DNA of 20,000 nucleotides, from IMG/VR virus record IMGVR_UViG_3300025108_004750. The stretch is one strand, 5' to 3'. Origin of the DNA: an uncultured virus (IMG/VR IMGVR_UViG_3300025108_004750). Lineage: Duplodnaviria; Heunggongvirae; Uroviricota; Caudoviricetes. The position numbers were made by a program, and so were the translations under genes. Positions 8,551-16,780 of this stretch are shown here, piece after piece (position 1 is the stretch's first letter; every line of letters starts with the position of its first letter). The notes beneath the pieces are model-generated. The model searched no databases, was not told where the DNA came from, and worked only from the letters and a program-made list of their open reading frames with translations.

Positions 8551-8707
8551 GAACGGAGTTACAGTGTATGAGCTTGATGAACCAGTTGAGCTTATAGTAA
8601 AAACAAAAGCACCTATGAAGTGGAAACTAATTGATCAAGAAACAGGAGAAGAGTACGTTGGACAAACTCCTAAAGAAGGACAACCTAACAGTTGGAGGAA
8701 ACTATGA
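8528..8707 (+). CDS. Small hypothetical protein (59 aa), not in the ORF track
   Basis: MQKQRKLKNGVTVYELDEPVELIVKTKAPMKWKLIDQETGEEYVG...WRKL. Fills the gap after def and ends in an ATGA overlap with the next ORF. Confidence 0.75.
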   Translation: MQKQRKLKNGVTVYELDEPVELIVKTKAPMKWKLIDQETGEEYVGQTPKEGQPNSWRKL

Positions 8708-8871
8708 TTAGAGATACTAAAGATAAAAAAGACTATACGATTCCGTCACCACAAGAACTACAACAACAACTTGATGAACGTATGGCTAAGTTTTTAGCAA
8801 AGGGTGGCAAGATAGAAAAAGTAGATCCTATGAAGCCTACTAAAGAACAACTAAAGAGCTGGACAATCTAA
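8704..8871 (+). CDS. Small protein (55 aa) with SutA-like RNAP-binding motif, not in the ORF track
   Basis: MIRDTKDKKDYTIPSPQELQQQLDERMAKFLAKGGKIEKVDPMKPTKEQLKSWTI. GGAGG RBS at 8694-8698; the stop abuts the next ATG at 8872. Confidence 0.75.
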   Translation: MIRDTKDKKDYTIPSPQELQQQLDERMAKFLAKGGKIEKVDPMKPTKEQLKSWTI

Positions 8872-9426
8872 ATGCCTGATATTGATATTGACTTTGCTGA
8901 TAGAGATGTTGTTTTAAATAAAATACAACACCGTGTAGCAAAACTAGATAGTGGTAAGAAACATAACACAGGTGTGTATGCAACTGAAGTTCCGCACAAC
9001 CCTGTCGACAACATAAGTACTATTGAACACAAGACTGCAGAAGAACGCGGTTACTTCAAACTAGACTTTCTTAATGTAAGCATATACCAAAACGTTAAGA
9101 ATGAACAACACCTAATAGAACTAATGGAAAGGACACCACTATGGCAACTTTTGGAGCACAAAGACTTCGTAGACAAAGTTTTTCATCTCTCAGGACACGA
9201 CAAACTGTTGAAACAATTGAAGCCCACATCGGTAGAACAATTGGCTGTCACCCTTGCGATTATAAGGCCTGCCAAGAGGCATTTAGCAAATCAAAGTTGG
9301 GAAGAAATATTAAAAGAAGTTTGGATAAAGCCGACCAACGGTGATTACTTCTTTAAGAAGGCACATGCCTTTGCTTACGCAATGAGCGTAATAGTACACA
9401 TGAACTTAATATGCGAAGAGGTGTAA
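8872..9426 (+). CDS. Miniature/split DNA polymerase III alpha (C-family) catalytic-core-like protein
   Basis: Starts at PDIDIDF, then HNTGVY, FKLDFL, LAIIRP and FFKKAHAFAYA. These are the DnaE palm and fingers motifs in the correct order within 184 aa. Confidence 0.8.
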   Translation: MPDIDIDFADRDVVLNKIQHRVAKLDSGKKHNTGVYATEVPHNPVDNISTIEHKTAEERGYFKLDFLNVSIYQNVKNEQHLIELMERTPLWQLLEHKDFVDKVFHLSGHDKLLKQLKPTSVEQLAVTLAIIRPAKRHLANQSWEEILKEVWIKPTNGDYFFKKAHAFAYAMSVIVHMNLICEEV

Positions 9427-9427
9427 T

Positions 9428-9664
9428 ATGGATTGGGAAGTACAAGACTTTAGGCGAAAGAAACCTAAACAAGATCCAGGACCTTGGTTACAGTGGGCAT
9501 GGCCTAGAGAGTTAGTTGGATCGTATGTAGGACGTATTGCTTTCTGGACTATAGTACTACCATTCTTTTTATTCGGAACGATACTATCGCCGTTAGGTTT
9601 CTTCTTACAATTACTAGTAATTGATTACTTTCACTATCTACAATATAAGAATAGTATTACTTAG
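9428..9664 (+). CDS. Small membrane protein
   Basis: 78 aa with hydrophobic stretch IAFWTIVLPFFLFGTILSPLGFFLQLLVI. Starts 1 nt after the upstream stop. Confidence 0.65.
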   Translation: MDWEVQDFRRKKPKQDPGPWLQWAWPRELVGSYVGRIAFWTIVLPFFLFGTILSPLGFFLQLLVIDYFHYLQYKNSIT

Positions 9665-10028
9665 AGGGCTTCTTAAGTAACTGGACGCTTTTACGTTTCA
9701 CTCGTTTTACAGATAACTTGTTAAGATTAACTGTAGGCCCTAATGATACTTTAACATCTTTGCTATTCATAGTCATCATAATATACTTGAACTGCTCCAT
9801 ATCTTTGTTTAAAAATATGTTAATAGGAATCATTCTATTTGATTCCCACCACCAAACTTCTCCAAGTTCAACAAACTTAGATCTGTCAGCGTCAGAACGT
9901 AAATTGGTGTAGATGTACATGCTCGTTATAAAAGCATCTTGATTGTTAATGATTCCGATGTATTCGTTGCCACCATACGTAACAACGCTTAAAAACGGAA
10001 ATTTTTCTTCTATATCTTTTCTCAACAT
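9657..10028 (-). CDS. Phage hypothetical protein; the only convincing minus-strand gene
   Basis: 123 aa occupying the gap between plus-strand genes. FPFLS...EYIGII.N.D and WWWESNRMIPINIFL patterns, basic C-terminus. Confidence 0.8.
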   Translation of the reverse strand: MLRKDIEEKFPFLSVVTYGGNEYIGIINNQDAFITSMYIYTNLRSDADRSKFVELGEVWWWESNRMIPINIFLNKDMEQFKYIMMTMNSKDVKVSLGPTVNLNKLSVKRVKRKSVQLLKKPSK

Positions 10029-10034
10029 AATCCA

Positions 10035-10041
10035 ATAAATA
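10035..10041 (+). promoter_or_regulatory. Possible T4-like late promoter (ATAAATA)
   Basis: Matches 7 of 8 bases of T4 TATAAATA, in the divergent intergenic gap 23 nt before ATG 10065. No -35 element seen. Confidence 0.45.
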
Positions 10042-10064
10042 CAACTAGTGTTAGGAAATTAATT

Positions 10065-10832
10065 ATGCAACTAGTTACAAGATATTTAGCAACTAATCAA
10101 TCGGTGGTAGTCACAGATGGCTTTACCGGCAACGTGGAGTATAGGAAAGTGTACCAGAACAATATAAAAGTTACTAAAGGGATAGACAATGTTATCACCT
10201 TTACAATTAAAAACAGTGATCATAAGCCTGTATCAATACTCAATACATACACACCGTATGTAGAAGTGTTTACAGAAGATAAAGTAATGCTCAAGCGTTA
10301 CACAGGAACTATTAAGGAAACTAGTACCCCAAACTACAAAGGGCAGTTTACAATAAACATAGCAGACGGAGACACGTTAAATGTTGACGGACAGTATATG
10401 AGTTATGTTGTATACCTTAATAAAGTTTCTGACAGTACTAACACACTAACATATGCTGACACACAATTTGGACCATCAGGAACAATTGAACTAATAGGCT
10501 CTGCTTTCCCAGGTGCTATTGATTCAAAATTAGTCCAAACATTTGTTGATAACATCAGTGAAGTAGTAGATGCCCAACCACAAATTAATAGCAATGAAGC
10601 ATTACACACAGCGGCAATATACTCAACTGGGTTTGCAGGTACTATTAAAGTACAAGGAACTCTAGGTGATAATACTAGCACTAGCTGGTTTGATATTTCA
10701 ACTGAAACGTTATCAAGTCCAAGTGCCCCGCATTACGTAAACTTTAATGGTGTTTTTAGCAATATAAGGTTTATAAAAGCAAATGATGCCGGCAATGCAG
10801 GAACTATAGATAAGATCCTAGTTAGAAATTAA
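10065..10832 (+). CDS. Hypothetical protein, probably a virion/structural beta-sandwich protein
   Basis: 255 aa, Thr/Ser/Asn/Gly-rich with alternating beta patterns. Preceded by a late-promoter-like motif. Confidence 0.6.
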   Translation: MQLVTRYLATNQSVVVTDGFTGNVEYRKVYQNNIKVTKGIDNVITFTIKNSDHKPVSILNTYTPYVEVFTEDKVMLKRYTGTIKETSTPNYKGQFTINIADGDTLNVDGQYMSYVVYLNKVSDSTNTLTYADTQFGPSGTIELIGSAFPGAIDSKLVQTFVDNISEVVDAQPQINSNEALHTAAIYSTGFAGTIKVQGTLGDNTSTSWFDISTETLSSPSAPHYVNFNGVFSNIRFIKANDAGNAGTIDKILVRN

Positions 10833-10857
10833 TTTGTTCAAATTAGTAAAATAATAC

Positions 10858-10886
10858 TTGACATAGTGGGCTAATGATAGTATACT
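10858..10886 (+). promoter_or_regulatory. Sigma70-type promoter TTGACA-N17-TATACT, probably leaderless
   Basis: -35 at 10858-10863, -10 at 10881-10886, ATG 7 nt downstream at 10894, no Shine-Dalgarno. Confidence 0.8.
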
Positions 10887-10893
10887 ATGTAGT

Positions 10894-11889
10894 ATGAGTA
10901 TAGTCTTTGACACATTAACACAATATTTGCCTCCGAAGCGTAAGACTACCCCTAGTGGTTGGACTTCGTTTAATGCACCCTGTTGTATACACAATGGAGA
11001 TAGTGCAGATAAAAGACAGCGTGGTGGATTAATATCTAATGGTGATGACGGTGTAAGTTATCACTGCTTTAACTGTGGATTCAAATGTAGTTGGCAACCA
11101 GGACGTAACCTTAGTGGCAAGATGCGTAGACTACTAGCATGGCTTAACGCACCTGATGATACTATTAACAAACTTGCACTTACTGTTATGCAAGAGAATG
11201 AAGGCCTTAAGCCAACACAACAATTAGTAGAATTGCCTACATTTAAAACAGTACCATTACCAGATGATGCAATTAAGATTGCAGACATAACAGAATTCAA
11301 CAAGTATAGTTTAGCAATACTTGAATACATGTCAGCACGAGGACTTAACTTAGATGATACGGACTACTATTGGTCACCTAGTTTAGGATATCGTGATAGA
11401 CTAATTATTCCTTTTTATTATGAGAAACGTATTGTAGGTTGGACTGCTAGAACTGTTACAGCAGACAAGCAACCTAAATATATGAGTGAGCAACAGCCTG
11501 GCTTTGTATATGGATTAGATGAACAAGGATATAATAAAGTATTTTGCATAGTGTGTGAAGGTCCTATGGATGCTATACATATTGATGGTACAGCACTTCT
11601 CGGATCAGAAGTAAAGGACCAACAAGCTATGCTAATTAATAAAGTAGGCAAACAAATTATTGTAGTACCAGATAGAGATCAAGCAGGTGCTAAGTTAATA
11701 GATCAAGCAATAGAGCTTGGCTGGTCAGTTAGTTTACCAGAGTGGACTGATGACATTAACGACATTGGTGATGCTGTTGCAAAGTATGGTAGACTGTATA
11801 CATTGTATAGTATTGTTAATAACGCAGAGTCTAACGAACTTAAAATTAGACTACGGAGTAAAAAATGGTTAAGTGGATTAAAAGATTAA
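10894..11889 (+). CDS. DNA primase (DnaG/T4 gp61-like: Zn-binding domain plus TOPRIM)
   Basis: PCCIH...YHCFNCG zinc ribbon, RLIIPF...GWTAR...PKY, EGPMDA and PDRDQAG TOPRIM motifs. Confidence 0.92.
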   Translation: MSIVFDTLTQYLPPKRKTTPSGWTSFNAPCCIHNGDSADKRQRGGLISNGDDGVSYHCFNCGFKCSWQPGRNLSGKMRRLLAWLNAPDDTINKLALTVMQENEGLKPTQQLVELPTFKTVPLPDDAIKIADITEFNKYSLAILEYMSARGLNLDDTDYYWSPSLGYRDRLIIPFYYEKRIVGWTARTVTADKQPKYMSEQQPGFVYGLDEQGYNKVFCIVCEGPMDAIHIDGTALLGSEVKDQQAMLINKVGKQIIVVPDRDQAGAKLIDQAIELGWSVSLPEWTDDINDIGDAVAKYGRLYTLYSIVNNAESNELKIRLRSKKWLSGLKD

Positions 11890-11969
11890 TTGCTGATTAC
11901 AAACGTAAGAAGGCATTGAAAAAGAAGATAGAGGAACTTAAAAGGCGCGATCCTTTTATTTACAAATAG
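11865..11969 (+). CDS. Small basic protein (34 aa) MVKWIKRLIADYKRKKALKKKIEELKRRDPFIYK, not in the ORF track
   Basis: GGAG at 11855-11858, ATG 11865, TAG 11967-11969, and the next ATG at 11971. It fills the gap exactly. Confidence 0.7.
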   Translation: MVKWIKRLIADYKRKKALKKKIEELKRRDPFIYK

Positions 11970-11970
11970 T

Positions 11971-12969
11971 ATGATTACTTGGGGTATGGTTGGTAACAGC
12001 CACGATGCTAGTTTAGCAGTTTTTGAAACAAAGCTTCTAGGAATTTCTAGTCGTGTGGGAACAAACTTACTGTGGGCAGGACTATCAAAAGACTTTAGTG
12101 GAGTACCTAATGATCCCGATTTTAATTGGGAAATGTTACAACACGTTACTGTTACACAAGGACTACCTCGTCCAGATAAAGTCATTTGGTATGAACGTCC
12201 TTTTCTTAAGACACTACGTCAATGGAGAGCAGGACAAGGCTGGCTACACAAAGAAAATAACATACGTAAATATCTAAGTGAATGGAATATATCTTGTAAG
12301 ATAGAATACACACAACACCACGAGTCACATGCGGCATATGCTTATTATACACAACCACATGATGATTGTGCAGTAGTGTGTTTAGATAGTATTGGAGAAT
12401 TTGAAACACTAACAGTATGGCACGGTAAGGACAACAAACTAAAGAAGATACACTCGCAAGGATATCCGCATAGTTTAGGATTGTTTTATAGTGCAATGAC
12501 ACAACGTCTTGGACTTGTACCTAATCGTGATGAATACCTAGTTAGTCAAATGGCTAGTAAAGGAAACTATAAAATATACAGTAAGCGTATTATGAACGAG
12601 CTATTAGAAGTATGTGCAACTGAGCCTTACATCAAATGTAGAGAAAACTTTCATAGAGGTTGTATGTGGTGGGCTGAAGATATTCAATCCGAACAACAAC
12701 TAAACGACTTAGCGGCCGCAACACAAAGAGTATTTGAACTTGCAGTTAAACACGTTACACAATGGGCAAAGAATAAAACAGGTAGTAAGAACCTAGCATT
12801 AGCAGGAGGCGGAGCATTAAATAAAAATGCTGTTGACTTAATTAGGCCTAAGTGGAACAATGTTCATGTACCACAAAACCCAGGAGACCCTGGATCTTGT
12901 ATAGGTGCTGTATTAGCTAAAACAAAAACCAAAATAGAGCTTGACAACCAATGGCATCAGAAGCTATAA
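11971..12969 (+). CDS. Carbamoyltransferase (NodU/CmcH/TobZ family), N-terminal Kae1-like domain only
   Basis: HDAS, HHESHAAYAYY, DSIGE, SLGLFYSAMT, LAAATQ, LAGGGALN and PGDPGSCIGA motifs. The protein ends about 20 aa after the last motif. Confidence 0.85.
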   Translation: MITWGMVGNSHDASLAVFETKLLGISSRVGTNLLWAGLSKDFSGVPNDPDFNWEMLQHVTVTQGLPRPDKVIWYERPFLKTLRQWRAGQGWLHKENNIRKYLSEWNISCKIEYTQHHESHAAYAYYTQPHDDCAVVCLDSIGEFETLTVWHGKDNKLKKIHSQGYPHSLGLFYSAMTQRLGLVPNRDEYLVSQMASKGNYKIYSKRIMNELLEVCATEPYIKCRENFHRGCMWWAEDIQSEQQLNDLAAATQRVFELAVKHVTQWAKNKTGSKNLALAGGGALNKNAVDLIRPKWNNVHVPQNPGDPGSCIGAVLAKTKTKIELDNQWHQKL

Positions 12970-12970
12970 T
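12941..12970 (+). promoter_or_regulatory. Sigma70-type promoter TTGACA-N18-TATAAT upstream of the replicative helicase
   Basis: Perfect hexamers at 12941-12946 and 12965-12970, embedded in the end of the carbamoyltransferase gene. Confidence 0.65.
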
Positions 12971-13112
12971 AAACAAGAAACTCACAGAAGAGTTTCCAAA
13001 GATGATGGACGTTGTAAACGGTGATACAACGCAAGAGGAAAAACTAAAGGCTGTGTTAGATTATACAGAAATATTAAAGGACTTAGAAAAGGTAATTTAT
13101 GAGCGACACTAG
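12951..13112 (+). CDS. Small hypothetical protein (53 aa), not in the ORF track
   Basis: MASEAIINKKLTEEFPKMMDVV...LKDLEKVIYERH. Overlaps both neighbours; alternative start at 13002. Confidence 0.55.
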   Translation: MASEAIINKKLTEEFPKMMDVVNGDTTQEEKLKAVLDYTEILKDLEKVIYERH

Positions 13113-14553
13113 ACAGAATACAGACTACGGGTATGATATACAAAAAGTATATCTAGAGATGATGCTACAAGACGCAGAAAGTTTTGTACGTTGTCAGGCT
13201 GTGTTTGATCCAGGTAGTTTTGATAGAAGACTAAAGCCAGCGGCAGAGTTTCTAAGTAACTACGTTACAGAATTTAATACATTGCCTACACTTGATATGA
13301 TTAATGCGGCGGCTGAACTACAAGGGCCTAATGTATTAAAGCATACAGGCGAGTTAAATGAAGCTCATTATGATTGGTTACTTGCAGAGTTTGAAACGTT
13401 TAGTAAGCACAAAGCACTAGAAGCGGCAATCCTAAAGAGTGCTGACTTACTTGAAAAGGGCGAGTATGGACAGTGTGAAGATATAGTAAAGAAGGCTGTG
13501 CAGATTGGTTTACAAAAAGACTTAGGTACAAACTACTTTGCTGATCCTAGAGCAAGACTAGAAGGCATTAAGAGTAGTAATGGACAAGTAAGCACAGGTT
13601 GGAACGCTATTGATAAGAAACTGTTTGGTGGATTCAATAGAGGAGAGCTAAACATTTTTGCAGGTGGTTCGGGTGCAGGTAAGAGTTTGTTCCTTGCTAA
13701 CATTGGTGTTAACATGGCTGAGAAAGGACTTAATGTAATTTACTTAACATTAGAACTTAGTGAAGCATTAGTTAGTATGCGTGTTGATAGTATGGTAACA
13801 GGCATTCCAAGTCGTGATGTATTTAAAAACATTGATGATGTTGAAATGAAAGTTAAGATGATTGGTAAGAAGTCAGGTAAGTTTCAAGTCAAGTATATGC
13901 CTAGTGGCAAGACAGCAAATGATGTACGTAGTTACATTAAAGAATATGAAATTAAAACAGGCACTAGAGTAGACGTACTGTTGATTGACTACTTGGACTT
14001 GTTGATGCCAGCAAGCACAAAGGTAAGTGCAGAGAACTTGTTTATCAAAGACAAGTATGTAAGTGAAGAACTACGTAACCTAGCAATGGAATTGAACACA
14101 GTGTTTGTTACAGCGGCACAGTTGAATCGTGGTGCTGTGGAAGAGATTGAATTTGATCACTCGCACATATCAGGTGGACTTAGTAAGATTCAAACAGCAG
14201 ACAATGTGTTTGGTATCTTTACAAGTAGAGCAATGCGTGAACGTGGACGCTATCAACTACAGTTAATGAAGACACGTAACAGTGGTGGTGTAGGACAAAA
14301 GATCGATTTAGAGTTTGACTTAGACACATTGCGTATTAGCGATTGTGACGAAGATGATGACATGGGTAATAACACAAGCGGGTATACAAGTGGTGGGCAG
14401 AATACAAATAGTATTGTAAGTAATTTAAAACGTCAGAACACACAAGATCCAAATGCAGATCCAAGTGATGGCGAAACAGTAAAGAAAACCAAAGCAGAAG
14501 TTGATTCAACTAAACTTAGGTCTTTCATTAATAATCTTGGCAGTGATGAATAG
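13099..14553 (+). CDS. Replicative DNA helicase, DnaB/T4 gp41-like
   Basis: STGW..ID..L.GGF.RGEL, GGSGAGKS (Walker A), TLELS, LLIDYLDL, TAAQLNR and MKTR motifs. Confidence 0.95.
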   Translation: MSDTRQNTDYGYDIQKVYLEMMLQDAESFVRCQAVFDPGSFDRRLKPAAEFLSNYVTEFNTLPTLDMINAAAELQGPNVLKHTGELNEAHYDWLLAEFETFSKHKALEAAILKSADLLEKGEYGQCEDIVKKAVQIGLQKDLGTNYFADPRARLEGIKSSNGQVSTGWNAIDKKLFGGFNRGELNIFAGGSGAGKSLFLANIGVNMAEKGLNVIYLTLELSEALVSMRVDSMVTGIPSRDVFKNIDDVEMKVKMIGKKSGKFQVKYMPSGKTANDVRSYIKEYEIKTGTRVDVLLIDYLDLLMPASTKVSAENLFIKDKYVSEELRNLAMELNTVFVTAAQLNRGAVEEIEFDHSHISGGLSKIQTADNVFGIFTSRAMRERGRYQLQLMKTRNSGGVGQKIDLEFDLDTLRISDCDEDDDMGNNTSGYTSGGQNTNSIVSNLKRQNTQDPNADPSDGETVKKTKAEVDSTKLRSFINNLGSDE

Positions 14554-14562
14554 GAGAATAGC

Positions 14563-15315
14563 ATGGCTACAACTGAAGAAAAAACTGAATTAGTAGAAAC
14601 ACTTAAAGGCCCACGCTTTTATCGATTAACTCTTTGGGGATATGGTGGCGAGTCAGCATACTTAAATCTAAGTAAAGAAGCATATGAATTTTGGAACACA
14701 CATACAGAAGAACACGGTGACAGCGACCTTGTATCATACCTAGTTAATGAAGAAGAAGCTGATGCAGAGTACAGTGACCTAACAGAGGTTCCTAAAGAAG
14801 CAGATTTTTTGCGTGATATGAGTGATCCAGAAGATACATGGAAAACACCTTGGTACGAAGCTGAAAAAGAGTTCTGTCACCAAAACGGTGTAGAGTATAC
14901 TAATGCACGTATCAATGTTGAAGAAGTTGATAGCGATGAATATATGAGTAAGCACATACGAGATGTTGAATTTGAAAATGACGATCTATGTGATGTAATT
15001 AACAAGCTCGAAGAAGACTCTAATTATGAATTAGAACTAACCAGTGGCGGTGAAGGTTATGAATGGGATAACATGGGCAAGCATGTATTGCAGATGTACT
15101 CAGCAGAAAAAGGTACATTCTTTGATGCTATTATTGAAACTGTAGGCGACTTTGATCTTAAGAAACTAAAGGTTTATATTAATGAATACCCAAATGGCGA
15201 AGACATTGTTGATGGTATGGAATATGATGGTGTTGAATTAGATAACCAAGGTGGCGACACCAACGGCAAAGGTTACTCTGCACACGTATGGGTTAATGAA
15301 CAAGCAAAATTATGA
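14563..15315 (+). CDS. Highly acidic hypothetical protein
   Basis: 250 aa, very Asp/Glu-rich. AGGAGA RBS at 14552-14557. GYGGE and GGDTNGKGY patterns. Confidence 0.75.
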   Translation: MATTEEKTELVETLKGPRFYRLTLWGYGGESAYLNLSKEAYEFWNTHTEEHGDSDLVSYLVNEEEADAEYSDLTEVPKEADFLRDMSDPEDTWKTPWYEAEKEFCHQNGVEYTNARINVEEVDSDEYMSKHIRDVEFENDDLCDVINKLEEDSNYELELTSGGEGYEWDNMGKHVLQMYSAEKGTFFDAIIETVGDFDLKKLKVYINEYPNGEDIVDGMEYDGVELDNQGGDTNGKGYSAHVWVNEQAKL

Positions 15316-16004
15316 AGATTAAATTTATCACAGGTGACCCACACGTAGAGAAATACTTTCCACCTACTCCTATGAGTAAGGCAAGACCCGATTGGTATAA
15401 TAACCTAGGGGGTTGGTTAGGTGAAGCTCACAACAGTTGGCCCACTATTAAAAAGTGTATGCCTGTGTATGATCTAATCACAGCAGGCTATATGATTTAT
15501 AACCCTGTTGAACAAGAGATAGTACGTGCTGACAAAGAAGGACACCCTGACGTTAAAAAGTTTATGCGTAGGTATCCAATGGCATGGGAAAGACAAGACC
15601 CACAAGAAGGACATGACTATTCACAATGTCCTGTAGCACACAAAGGTGAGAAGCAAGACTATGTAACCTTTAGTGTACCATGGCGTATAGAAACACCCCC
15701 GGGTTATTCATGTCTTATCATGCAACCGTTTTATAATATGGAAGATCGTTTTACTGTGTTTCCTGCTATTGTTGATACAGATGTAATTGACGTACCTTGG
15801 AACAACTGGCCTGGACAAGTACACAAAGACCGTGTGCTGATTGAACCAGGAGCCCCACTAGTACAAGTAATACCTTTCAAACGTGAAGACTGGGATATGC
15901 AAGTTGAATATGACCCAAGTGCTGACAACAGAGACACAGGACTAAAGTTTTGGTTAGGCAATGCTTATGCTAGAATGTTTCACAAAAAGAAGAAGTTCAA
16001 ATGA
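15312..16004 (+). CDS. Hypothetical protein, DUF6065-like/dUTPase-fold-like
   Basis: TIKKCMPVYD...GY, PWRIETPPGYSCL, IVDTD and G.PLVQVIPFKR pattern. Confidence 0.6.
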   Translation: MKIKFITGDPHVEKYFPPTPMSKARPDWYNNLGGWLGEAHNSWPTIKKCMPVYDLITAGYMIYNPVEQEIVRADKEGHPDVKKFMRRYPMAWERQDPQEGHDYSQCPVAHKGEKQDYVTFSVPWRIETPPGYSCLIMQPFYNMEDRFTVFPAIVDTDVIDVPWNNWPGQVHKDRVLIEPGAPLVQVIPFKREDWDMQVEYDPSADNRDTGLKFWLGNAYARMFHKKKKFK

Positions 16005-16780
16005 TATTTACAGCAAGCCAACAACCTGTATTCAAACAAGTAAAAGAAAACTACGAGTGCATACATGATGTACTAGAGAGTACCAAAGATTCAGATTGGT
16101 TGCTAACACCTGAAGGTAGCCTCAGTGGATATTGCGAAGGCCCTGTACACAACTGTACACAAGAAACAAAAGATGAATACAACGACTATATACTCAAACT
16201 AGAAAACTATTTGAAAGAGAATAGACGTAACCTAGCACTGGGTACAGGACATATAGAACAAGACAAACTACCCTATAACGAAATACGTTTTTACAAAGAG
16301 GGTAACTTTCAAAGATACTATGCCAAGCAGTTGCTAACACATGGCCCAGACTTTATGGGCGAGTATCATTTTTATGTACCTGGAGTTAAACTAGAAACAT
16401 ATGACCTAGCACCCAATGTTCGAGCAGGAGCTCTTATATGTAACGATGCTTGGGCATACCCTCTAGCAAGTCCAAACGGTAACCCATACTATTGGCGTAC
16501 ACTGAGAGAGATGGGCTGTAGTATTGTGTTTGTGAGTGCTAACTGTACAATGGATGTAAGAGATGAAGTAGTCTACAACTTCCACGAAAGTATGCTACGT
16601 ATTATGGCCAAGAGCTATAACATGCACGTTGTGGTAAGTTCAGCATGTACAGACATGAACGGCGTAGTAGTACAACACACACAAGCACCAAGCGGTATTA
16701 TATCAGACACAGGTGAATGGATTGCCAAGTGTAAAGAACAAGGCATGGACACTGTGTCAGCGGAGATAGATTTTGGATAG
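16001..16780 (+). CDS. Carbon-nitrogen hydrolase (nitrilase superfamily)
   Basis: Glu-Lys-Cys triad contexts LTPEGSLSGY, YAKQLL and GALICNDAW; C-terminal SGII...G. Confidence 0.85.
   Translation: MIFTASQQPVFKQVKENYECIHDVLESTKDSDWLLTPEGSLSGYCEGPVHNCTQETKDEYNDYILKLENYLKENRRNLALGTGHIEQDKLPYNEIRFYKEGNFQRYYAKQLLTHGPDFMGEYHFYVPGVKLETYDLAPNVRAGALICNDAWAYPLASPNGNPYYWRTLREMGCSIVFVSANCTMDVRDEVVYNFHESMLRIMAKSYNMHVVVSSACTDMNGVVVQHTQAPSGIISDTGEWIAKCKEQGMDTVSAEIDFG

Noticed and set aside
8872..9426. Calling the short dnaE-like ORF a pseudogene
   Set aside because: Catalytic motifs are selectively kept while intervening regions are compacted. No flanking dnaE remnants exist in other frames, and the gene is tightly coupled to its neighbours.
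172..14553. Inteins or introns in uvsW, primase or the DnaB-like helicase
   Set aside because: Motif spacing and lengths are normal, with no C...HN splice junctions or homing endonuclease inserts.
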